From Macrostomum lignano (lineage: Eukaryota), in contig NIVC01001970.1 of NCBI GenBank assembly GCA_002269645.1, positions 1 to 64,000 on the forward strand: a DNA stretch of 64,000 bases. The letters are read 5' to 3'. A program made the position numbers and the translations under genes. Shown here piece after piece: positions 13,301 through 25,300 of the stretch. The notes below the pieces were generated by a model. That model was not told the DNA's origin, made no database searches, and saw only the letters and a program-made list of their open reading frames with translations. Each line of letters opens with the position of its first letter. Position 1 is the stretch's first letter.

Positions 13301-16300
13301 GAGGAAGGATGCGCACTCTCTTACTTCAAGCTCTTCCTTGTAGCGTACCGACCCGACTGATGTCTGCAGCATCTCACAGACGCCCATGTCCTCCACATCC
13401 TGTTTCGCTCGAACGGAGCCGACCATGAAGGATGTCTCAAGGAACGAAGCGCATTCTCTCACTTCTAGCTCTTCTTTGTAGCGCATTGTCGAGTCCGATG
13501 TCTGCAGCATCTCACAGACGCCCATGCCTCTACATCTGTTTCGCTCGAACGGAGCCGACCATGACCGAAGTCTCGAGGAAGGATGCGCACTCTCTTACTT
13601 CAAGCTCTTCCTTGTAGCGTACCGACCCGACTGATGTCTGCAGCATCTCACAGACGCCCATGTCCTCCACATCCTGTTTCGCTCGAACGGAGCCGACCAT
13701 GAAGGATGTCTCAAGGAACGAAGCGCATTCTCTTACTTCTAGCTCTTCTTTGTAGCGCATTGTCGAGTCCGATGTCTGCAGCATCTCACAGACGCCCATG
13801 CCTCCACATCCTGTTTCGCTCGAACGGAGCCGACCATGACGAAGTCTCGAGGAAGGATGCGCACTCTCTTACTTCAAGCTCTTCCTTGTAGCGTACCGAC
13901 CCGACTGATGTCTGCAGCATCTCACAGACGCCCATGTCCTCCACATCCTGTTTCGCTCGAACGGAGCCGACCATGAAGGATGTCTCAAGGAACGAAGCGC
14001 ATTCTCTCACTTCTAGCTCTTCTTTGTAGCGCATTGTCGAGTCCGATGTCTGCAGCATCTCACAGACGCCCATGTCCTCCACATCCTGTTTCGCTCGAAC
14101 GGAGCCGACCATGACCGAAGTCTCGAGGAAGGATGCGCACTCTCTTACTTCAAGCTCTTCCTTGTAGCGTACCGACCCGACTGATGTCTGCAGCATCTCA
14201 CAGACGCCCATGTCCTCCACATCCTGTTTCGCTCGAACGGAGCCGACCATGACCGAAGTCTCGAGGAAGGATGCGCACTCTCTTACTTCAAGCTCTTCCT
14301 TGTAGCGTACCGACCCGACTGATGTCTGCAGCATCTCACAGACGCCCATGTCCTCCACATCCTGTTTCGCTCGAACGGAGCCGACCATGACCGAAGTCTC
14401 GAGGAAGGATGCGCACTCTCTTACTTCAAGCTCTTCCTTGTAGCGTACCGACCCGACTGATGTCTGCAGCATCTCACAGACGCCCATGTCCTCCACATCC
14501 TGTTTCGCTCGAACGGAGCCGACCATGAAGGATGTCTCAAGGAACGAAGCGCATTCTCTCACTTCTAGCTCTTCTTTGTAGCGCATTGTCGAGTCCGATG
14601 TCTGCAGCATCTCACAGACGCCCATGCCTCTACATCTGTTTCGCTCGAACGGAGCCGACCATGACCGAAGTCTCGAGGAAGGATGCGCACTCTCTTACTT
14701 CAAGCTCTTCCTTGTAGCGTACCGACCCGACTGATGTCTGCAGCATCTCACAGACGCCCATGTCCTCCACATCCTGTTTCGCTCGAACGGAGCCGACCAT
14801 GAAGGATGTCTCAAGGAACGAAGCGCATTCTCTCACTTCTAGCTCTTCTTTGTAGCGCATTGTCGAGTCCGATGTCTGCAGCATCTCACAGACGCCCATG
14901 CCGTCTACTTCTTGTTTCGCTCGAACGGAGCCGACCATGACCGAAGTCTCGAGGAAGGATGCGCACTCTCTTACTTCAAGCTCTTCCTTGTAGCGTACCG
15001 ACCCGACTGATGTCTGCAGCATCTCACAGACGCCCATGTCCTCCACATCCTGTTTCGCTCGAACGGAGCCGACCATGAAGGATGTCTCAAGGAACGAAGC
15101 GCATTCTCTCACTTCTAGCTCTTCTTTGTAGCGCATTGTCGAGTCCGATGTCTGCAGCATCTCACAGACGCCCATGCCGTCTACATCTGTTTCGCTCGAA
15201 CGGAGCCGACCATGACCGAAGTCTCGAGGAAGGATGCGCACTCTCTTACTTCAAGCTCTTCCTTGTAGCGTACCGACCCGACTGATGTCTGCAGCATCTC
15301 ACAGACGCCCATGTCCTCCACATCCTGTTTCGCTCGAACGGAGCCGACCATGACCGAAGTCTCGAGGAAGGATGCGCACTCTCTTACTTCAAGCTCTTCT
15401 TGTAGCGTACCGACCGACTGATGTCTGCAGCATCTCACAGACGCCCATGTCCTCCACATCCTGTTTCGCTCGAACGGAGCCGACCATGAAGGATGTCTCA
15501 AGGAACGAAGCGCATTCTCTCACTTCTAGCTCTTCTTTGTAGCGCATTGTCGAGTCCGATGTCTGCAGCATCTCACAGACGCCCATGCCTCTACTTCTGT
15601 TTCGCTCGAACGGAGCCGACCATGACCGAAGTCTCGAGGAAGGATGCGCACTCTCTTACTTCAAGCTCTTCCTTGTAGCGTACCGACCCGACTGATGTCT
15701 GCAGCATCTCACAGACGCCCATGCCGTCCTACTTCTGTTTCGCTCGAACGGAGCCGACCATGACCGAAGTCTCGAGGAAGGATGCGCACTCTCTTACTTC
15801 AAGCTCTTCTTGTAGCGTACCGACCGACTGATGTCTGCAGCATCTCACAGACGCCCATGTCCTCCACATCCTGTTTCGCTCGAACGGAGCCGACCATGAA
15901 GGATGTCTCAAGGAACGAAGCGCACTCTCTTACTTCTAGCTCTTCTTTGTAGCGCATTGTCGAGTCCGATGTCTGCAGCATCTCACAGACGCCCATGTCC
16001 TCCACATCCTGTTTCGCTCGAACGGAGCCGACCATGAAGGATGTCTCAAGGAACGAAGCGCATTCTCTCACTTCTAGCTCTTCTTTGTAGCGCATTGTCG
16101 AGTCCGATGTCTGCAGCATCTCACAGACGCCCATGCCGTCTACTTCTGTTTCGCTCGAACGGAGCCGACCATGACCGAAGTCTCGAGGAAGGATGCGCAC
16201 TCTCTTACTTCAAGCTCTTCCTTGTAGCGTACCGACCCGACTGATGTCTGCAGCATCTCACAGACGCCCATGTCCTCCACATCCTGTTTCGCTCGAACGG

Positions 16301-19300
16301 AGCCGACCATGAAGGATGTCTCAAGGAACGAAGCGCATTCTCTCACTTCTAGCTCTTCTTTGTAGCGCATTGTCGAGTCCGATGTCTGCAGCATCTCACA
16401 GACGCCCATGCCTCTACATCTGTTTCGCTCGAACGGAGCCGACCATGACCGAAGTCTCGAGGAAGGATGCGCACTCTCTTACTTCAAGCTCTTCCTTGTA
16501 GCGTACCGACCCGACTGATGTCTGCAGCATCTCACAGACGCCCATGTCCTCCACATCCTGTTTCGCTCGAACGGAGCCGACCATGAAGGATGTCTCAAGG
16601 AACGAAGCGCATTCTCTCACTTCTAGCTCTTCTTTGTAGCGCATTGTCGAGTCCGATGTCTGCAGCATCTCACAGACGCCCATGCCGTCACTTCTGTTTC
16701 GCTCGAACGGAGCCGACCATGACGAAGTCTCGAGGAAGGATGCGCACTCTCTTACTTCAAGCTCTTCCTTGTAGCGTACCGACCCGACTGATGTCTGCAG
16801 CATCTCACAGACACCCATGTCCTCCACATCCTGTTTCGCTCGAACGGAGCCGACCATGAAGGATGTCTCAAGGAACGAAGCGCATTCTCTCACTTCTAGC
16901 TCTTCTTTGTAGCGCATTGTCGAGTCCGATGTCTGCAGCATCTCACAGACGCCCATGTCCTCCACATCCTGTTTCGCTCGAACGGAGCCGACCATGACCG
17001 AAGTCTCGAGGAAGGATGCGCACTCTCTTACTTCAAGCTCTTCCTTGTAGCGTACCGACCCGACTGATGTCTGCAGCATCTCACAGACGCCCATGTCCTC
17101 CACATCCTGTTTCGCTCGAACGGAGCCGACCATGAAGGATGTCTCAAGGAACGAAGCGCACTCTCTTACTTCTAGCTCTTCTTTGTAGCGCATTGTCGAG
17201 TCCGATGTCTGCAGCATCTCACAGACGCCCATGTCCTCCACATCCTGTTTCGCTCGAACGGAGCCGACCATGACCGAAGTCTCGAGGAAGGATGCGCACT
17301 CTCTTACTTCAAGCTCTTCCTTGTAGCGTACCGACCCGACTGATGTCTGCAGCATCTCACAGACGCCCATGTCCTCCACATCCTGTTTCGCTCGAACGGA
17401 GCCGACCATGACCGAAGTCTCGAGGAAGGATGCGCACTCTCTTACTTCAAGCTCTTCCTTGTAGCGTACCGACCCGACTGATGTCTGCAGCATCTCACAG
17501 ACGCCCATGTCCTCCACATCCTGTTTCGCTCGAACGGAGCCGACCATGAAGGATGTCTCAAGGAACGAAGCGCATTCTCTCACTTCTAGCTCTTCTTTGT
17601 AGCGCATTGTCGAGTCCGATGTCTGCAGCATCTCACAGAAGCCCATGCCGTCTACTTCTTGTTTCGCTCGAACGGAGCCGACCATGACCGAAGTCTCGAG
17701 GAAGGATGCGCACTCTCTTACTTCAAGCTCTTCCTTGTAGCGTACCGACTTGACTGATGTCTGCAGCATCTCACAGACGCCCATGTCCTCCACATCCTGT
17801 TTCGCTCGAACGGAGCCGACCATGAAGGATGTCTCAAGGAACGAAGCGCATTCTCTCACTTCTAGCTCTTCTTTGTAGCGCATTGTCGAGTCCGATGTCT
17901 GCAGCATCTCACAGAAGCCCATGCCGTCTACTTCTTGTTTCGCTCGAACGGAGCCGACCATGATCGAAGTCTCGAGGAAGGATGCGCACTCTCTTACTTC
18001 AAGCTCTTCCTTGTAGCGTACCGACCCGACTGATGTCTGCAGCATCTCACAGACGCCCATGTCCTCCACATCCTGTTTCGCTCGAACGGAGCCGACCATG
18101 AAGGATGTCTCAAGGAACGAAGCGCATTCTCTCACTTCTAGCTCTTCTTTGTAGCGCATTGTCGAGTCCGATGTCTGCAGCATCTCACAGAAGCCCATGC
18201 CGTCTACTTCTTGTTTCGCTCGAACGGAGCCGACCATGACCGAAGTCTCGAGGAAGGATGCGCACTCTCTTACTTCAAGCTCTTCCTTGTAGCGTACCGA
18301 CCCGACTGATGTCTGCAGCATCTCACAGACGCCCATGTCCTCCACATCCTGTTTCGCTCGAACGGAGCCGACCATGAAGGATGTCTCAAGGAACGAAGCG
18401 CATTCTCTCACTTCTAGCTCTTCTTTGTAGCGCATTGTCGAGTCCGATGTCTGCAGCATCTCACAGAAGCCCATGCCGTCTACTTCTTGTTTCGCTCGAA
18501 CGGAGCCGACCATGACCGAAGTCTCGAGGAAGGATGCGCACTCTCTTACTTCAAGCTCTTCCTTGTAGCGTACCGACCCGACTGATGTCTGCAGCATCTC
18601 ACAGACGCCCATGTCCTCCACATCCTGTTTCGCTCGAACGGAGCCGACCATGAAGGATGTCTCAAGGAACGAAGCGCATTCTCTCACTTCTAGCTCTTCT
18701 TTGTAGCGCATTGTCGAGTCCGATGTCTGCAGCATCTCACAGAAGCCCATGCCGTCTACTTCTTGTTTCGCTCGAACGGAGCCGACCATGACCGAAGTCT
18801 CGAGGAAGGATGCGCACTCTCTTACTTCAAGCTCTTCCTTGTAGCGTACCGACTTGACTGATGTCTGCAGCATCTCACAGACGCCCATGTCCTCCACATC
18901 CTGTTTCGCTCGAACGGAGCCGACCATGAAGGATGTCTCAAGGAACGAAGCGCATTCTCTCACTTCTAGCTCTTCTTTGTAGCGCATTGTCGAGTCCGAT
19001 GTCTGCAGCATCTCACAGAAGCCCATGCCGTCTACTTCTTGTTTCGCTCGAACGGAGCCGACCATGATCGAAGTCTCGAGGAAGGATGCGCACTCTCTTA
19101 CTTCAAGCTCTTCCTTGTAGCGTACCGACCCGACTGATGTCTGCAGCATCTCACAGACGCCCATGTCCTCCACATCCTGTTTCGCTCGAACGGAGCCGAC
19201 CATGAAGGATGTCTCAAGGAACGAAGCGCATTCTCTCACTTCTAGCTCTTCTTTGTAGCGCATTGTCGTGTCTGATGTCTCCAACATCTCACAGAAGCCC

Positions 19301-22300
19301 ATGTCGTTCACACTCTGGCTTACTTGAATGGACTCACTCAAGACAGTCGTTTCCAGGAATGAGGCGCATTCGTTGAGCTTCGGCTCTTCCTTGTAGCGTA
19401 CCGACCCGTCTAATGTGGGCAGCATCTCACAGACGCCCATTTCATCGACTGGCTGTTCCACTTGAACTGAAGCCTCCTTCACAAGTGTCTCTACTCGGAT
19501 AGCGCCTTCCAGGAATGTGGTCTCGGAGAATGTGAAGCACTCGTCGAGTTTCGGCACCTCCTTGTAGCGTACCGACCCGTCTGATGTGAGCAGCATCTCA
19601 CAGACGCCCATTCCATCGACTGGCTGTTCCACTTGAACTGAAGCCTCCTTCACAAGTGTCTCTACTCTGATAGCGCCTTCCAGGAATGTGGTCTCGGAGA
19701 ATGTGAAGCACTCGTTGAGTTTCGGCTCTTCCTTGTAGCGTACCGACCCGTCTGATGTGAGCAGCATCTCACAGACGCCCATTCCATCAACTGGCTGTTC
19801 CACTTGAACTGAAGCCTCCTTCACAAGTGTCTCTACTCGGATAGCGCCTTCCAGGAATGTGGTCTCGGAGAATGTAAAGCACTCGTCGAGTTTCGGCTCC
19901 TCCTTGTAGCGTATGGACCCGTCTGATGTGAGCAGCATCTCACAGACGCCCATGTCGTCTATTTCTTGTTTCACTCGAACAGATCCCATCATGACGGATG
20001 TCTCGAGGAACGATGCGCAGTCTCTCACTTCTAGCTCTTCTTTGTAGCGCATTGTCGTGTCTGATGTCTCCAACATCTCACAGAAGCCCATGTCGTTCAC
20101 ACTCTGGCTTACTCGAATGGACTCACTCAAGACAGTCGTTTCCAGGAATGAGGCGCATTCGTTGAGCTTCGGCTCTTCCTTGTAGCGTACCGACCCGTCT
20201 AATGTGGGCAGCATCTCACAGACGCCCATTTCATCGACTGGCTGTTCCACTTGAACTGAAGCCTCCTTCACAAGTGTCTCTACTCGGATAGCGCCTTCCA
20301 GGAATGTGGTCTCGGAGAATGTGAAGCACTCGTTGAGTTTCGGCTCTTCCTTGTAGCGTACCGACCCGTCTGATGTGAGCAGCATCTCACAGACGCCCAT
20401 TCCATCGACTGGCTGTTCCACTTGAACTGAAGCCTCCTTCACAAGTGTCTCTACTCGGATAGCGCCTTCCAGGAATGTGGTCTCGGAGAATGTGAAGCAC
20501 TCGTTGAGTTTCGGCTCTTCCTTGTAGCGTACCGACCCGTCTGATGTGAGCAGCATCTCACAGACGCCCATTTCATCGACTGGCTGTTCCACTTGAACTG
20601 AAGCCTCCTTCACAAGTGTCTCTACTCGGATAGCGCCTTCCAGGAATGTGGTCTCGGAGAATGTGAAGCACTCGTCGAGTTTCGGCTCCTCCTTGTAGCG
20701 TATGGACCCGTCTGATGTGAGCAGCATCTCACAGACGCCCATTCCATCGACTGGCTGTTCCACTTGAACTGAAGCCTCCTTCACAAGTGTCTCTACTCGG
20801 ATAGCGCCTTCCAGGAATGTGGTCTCGGAGAATGTGAAGCACTCGTCGAGTTTCGGCTCCTCCTTGTAGCGTATGGACCCGTCTGATGTGAGCAGCATCT
20901 CACAGACGCCCATGTCGTCTATTTCTTGTTTCACTCGAACAGATCCCATCATGACGGATGTCTCGAGGAACGATGCGCAGTCTCTCACTTCTAGCTCTTC
21001 TTTGTAGCGCATTGTCGTGTCTGATGTCTCCAACATCTCACAGAAGCCCATGTCGTTCACACTCTGGCTTACTCGAATGGACTCACTCAAGACAGTCGTT
21101 TCCAGGAATGAGGCGCATTCGTTGAGCTTCGGCTCTTCCTTGTAGCGTACCGACCCGTCTAATGTGGGCAGCATCTCACAGACGCCCATTCCATCGACTG
21201 GCTGTTCCACTTGAACTGAAGCCTCCTTCACAAGTGTCTCTACTCGGATAGCGCCTTCCAGGAATGTGGTCTCGGAGAATGTGAAGCACTCGTTGAGTTT
21301 CGGCTCTTCCTTGTAGCGTACCGACCCGTCTGATGTGAGCAGCATCTCACAGACGCCCATTCCATCGACTGGCTGTTCCACTTGAACTGAAGCCTCCTTC
21401 ACAAGTGTCTCTACTCTGATAGCGCCTTCCAGGAATGTGGTCTCGGAGAATGTGAAGCACTCGTTGAGTTTAGGCTCTTCCTTGTAGCGTACTGACCCGT
21501 CTGATGTGAGCAGCATCTCACAGACGCCCATTCCATCGACTGGCTGTTCCACTTGAACTGAAGCCTCCTTCACAAGTGTCTCTACTCGGATAGCGCCTTC
21601 CAGGAATGTGGTCTCGGAGAATGTAAAGCACTCGTCGAGTTTCGGCTCCTCCTTGTAGCGTATGGACCCGTCTGATGTGAGCAGCATCTCACAGACGCCC
21701 ATTCCATCGACTGGCTGTTCCACTTGAACTGAAGCCTCCTTCACAAGTGTCTCTACTCGGATAGCGCCTTCCAGGAATGTGGTCTCGGAGAATGTAAAGC
21801 ACTCGTCGAGTTTCGGCTCCTCCTTGTAGCGTATGGACCCGTCTGATGTGAGCAGCATCTCACAGACGCCCATGTCGTCTATTTCTTGTTTCACTCGAAC
21901 AGATCCCATCATGACGGATGTCTCGAGGAACGATGCGCAGTCTCTCACTTCTAGCTCTTCTTTGTAGCGCATTGTCGTGTCTGATTTCTCCAACATCTCA
22001 CAGAAGCCCATGTCGTTCACACTCTGGCTTACTCGAATGGACTCACTCAAGACAGTCGTTTCCAGGAATGAGGCGCATTCGTTGAGCTTCGGCTCTTCCT
22101 TGTAGCGTACCGACCCGTCTAATGTGGGCAGCATCTCACAGACGCCCATTTCATCGACTGGCTGTTCCACTTGAACTGAAGCCTCCTTCACAAGTGTCTC
22201 TACTCGGATAGCGCCTTCCAGGAATGTGGTCTCGGAGAATGTGAAGCACTCGTTGAGTTTCGGCTCTTCCTTGTAGCGTACCGACCCGTCTGATGTGAGC

Positions 22301-25300
22301 AGCATCTCACAGACGCCCATTCCATCGACTGGCTGTTCCACTTGAACTGAAGCCTCCTTCACAAGTGTCTCTACTCTGATAGCGCCTTCCAGGAATGTGG
22401 TCTCGGAGAATGTGAAGCACTCGTTGAGTTTAGGCTCTTCCTTGTAGCGTACTGACCCGTCTGATGTGAGCAGCATCTCACAGACGCCCATTCCATCGAC
22501 TGGCTGTTCCACTTGAACTGAAGCCTCCTTCACAAGTGTCTCTACTCGGATAGCGCCTTCCAGGAATGTGGTCTCGGAGAATGTAAAGCACTCGTCGAGT
22601 TTCGGCTCCTCCTTGTAGCGTATGGACCCGTCTGATGTGAGCAGCATCTCACAGACGCCCATGTCGTCTATTTCTTGTTTCACTCGAACAGATCCCATCA
22701 TGACGGATGTCTCGAGGAACGATGCGCAGTCTCTCACTTCTAGCTCTTCTTTGTAGCGCATTGTCGTGTCTGATTTCTCCAACATCTCACAGAAGCCCAT
22801 GTCGTTCACACTCTGGCTTACTCGAATGGACTCACTCAAGACAGTCGTTTCCAGGAATGAGGCGCATTCGTTGAGCTTCGGCTCTTCCTTGTAGCGTACC
22901 GACCCGTCTAATGTGGGCAGCATCTCACAGACGCCCATTTCATCGACTGGCTGTTCCACTTGAACTGAAGCCTCCTTCACAAGTGTCTCTACTCGGATAG
23001 CGCCTTCCAGGAATGTGGTCTCGGAGAATGTGAAGCACTCGTTGAGTTTCGGCTCTTCCTTGTAGCGTACCGACCCGTCTGATGTGAGCAGCATCTCACA
23101 GACGCCCATTCCATCGACTGGCTGTTCCACTTGAACTGAAGCCTCCTTCACAAGTGTCTCTACTCTGATAGCGCCTTCCAGGAATGTGGTCTCGGAGAAT
23201 GTGAAGCACTCGTTGAGTTTAGGCTCTTCCTTGTAGCGTACTGACCCGTCTGATTTGAGCAGCATCTCACAGACGCCCATTCCATCGACTGGCTGTTCCA
23301 CTTGAACTGAAGCCTCCTTCACAAGTGTCTCTACTCGGATAGCGCCTTCCAGGAATGTGGTCTCGGAGAATGTGAAGCACTCGTCGAGTTTCGGCTCCTC
23401 CTTGTAGCGTATGGACCCGTCTGATGTGAGCAGCATCTCACAGACGCCCATGTCGTCTATTTCTTGTTTCACTCGAACAGATCCCATCATGACGGATGTC
23501 TCGAGGAACGATGCGCAGTCTCTCACTTCTAGCTCTTCTTTGTAGCGCATTGTCGTGTCTGATGTCTCCAACATCTCACAGAAGCCCATGTCGTTCACAC
23601 TCTGGCTTACTCGAATGGACTCACTCAAGACAGTCGTTTCCAGGAATGAGGCGCATTCGTTGAGCTTCGGCTCTTCCTTGTAGCGTACCGACCCGTCTAA
23701 TGTGGGCAGCATCTCACAGACGCCCATTTCATCGACTGGCTGTTCCACTTGAACTGAAGCCTCCTTCACAAGTGTCTCTACTCTGATAGCGCCTTCCAGG
23801 AATGTGGTCTCGGAGAATGTGAAGCACTCGTTGAGTTTCGGCTCTTCCTTGTAGCGTACCGACCCGTCTGATGTGAGCAGCATCTCACAGACGCCCATTC
23901 CATCGACTGGCTGTTCCACTTGAACTGAAGCCTCCTTCACAAGTGTCTCTACTCTGATAGCGCCTTCCAGGAATGTGGTCTCGGAGAATGTGAAGCACTC
24001 GTTGAGTTTAGGCTCTTCCTTGTAGCGTACTGACCCGTCTGATGTGAGCAGCATCTCACAGACGCCCATTCCATCGACTGGCTGTTCCACTTGAACTGAA
24101 GCCTCCTTCACAAGTGTCTCTACTCGGATAGCGCCTTCCAGGAATGTGGTCTCGGAGAATGTAAAGCACTCGTCGAGTTTCGGCTCCTCCTTGTAGCGTA
24201 TGGACCCGTCTGATGTGAGCAGCATCTCACAGACGCCCATGTCGTCTATTTCTTGTTTCACTCGAACAGATCCCATCATGACGGATGTCTCGAGGAACGA
24301 TGCGCAGTCTCTCACTTCTAGCTCTTCTTTGTAGCGCATTGTCGTGTCTGATTTCTCCAACATCTCACAGAAGCCCATGTCGTTCACACTCTGGCTTACT
24401 CGAATGGACTCACTCAAGACAGTCGTTTCCAGGAATGAGGCGCATTCGTTGAGCTTCGGCTCTTCCTTGTAGCGTACCGACCCGTCTAATGTGGGCAGCA
24501 TCTCACAGACGCCCATTTCATCGACTGGCTGTTCCACTTGAACTGAAGCCTCCTTCACAAGTGTCTCTACTCGGATAGCGCCTTCCAGGAATGTGGTCTC
24601 GGAGAATGTGAAGCACTCGTTGAGTTTCGGCTCTTCCTTGTAGCGTACCGACCCGTCTGATGTGAGCAGCATCTCACAGACGCCCATTCCATCGACTGGC
24701 TGTTCCACTTGAACTGAAGCCTCCTTCACAAGTGTCTCTACTCTGATAGCGCCTTCCAGGAATGTGGTCTCGGAGAATGTGAAGCACTCGTTGAGTTTAG
24801 GCTCTTCCTTGTAGCGTACTGACCCGTCTGATGTGAGCAGCATCTCACAGACGCCCATTCCATCGACTGGCTGTTCCACTTGAACTGAAGCCTCCTTCAC
24901 AAGTGTCTCTACTCGGATAGCGCCTTCCAGGAATGTGGTCTCGGAGAATGTAAAGCACTCGTCGAGTTTCGGCTCCTCCTTGTAGCGTATGGACCCGTCT
25001 GATGTGAGCAGCATCTCACAGACGCCCATTCCATCGACTGGCTGTTCCACTTGAACTGAAGCCTCCTTCACAAGTGTCTCTACTCTGATAGCGCCTTCCA
25101 GGAATGTGGTCTCGGAGAATGTGAAGCACTCGTTGAGTTTAGGCTCTTCCTTGTAGCGTACTGACCCGTCTGATTTGAGCAGCATCTCACAGACGCCCAT
25201 TCCATCGACTGGCTGTTCCACTTGAACTGAAGCCTCCTTCACAAGTGTCTCTACTCGGATAGCGCCTTCCAGGAATGTGGTCTCGGAGAATGTGAAGCAC

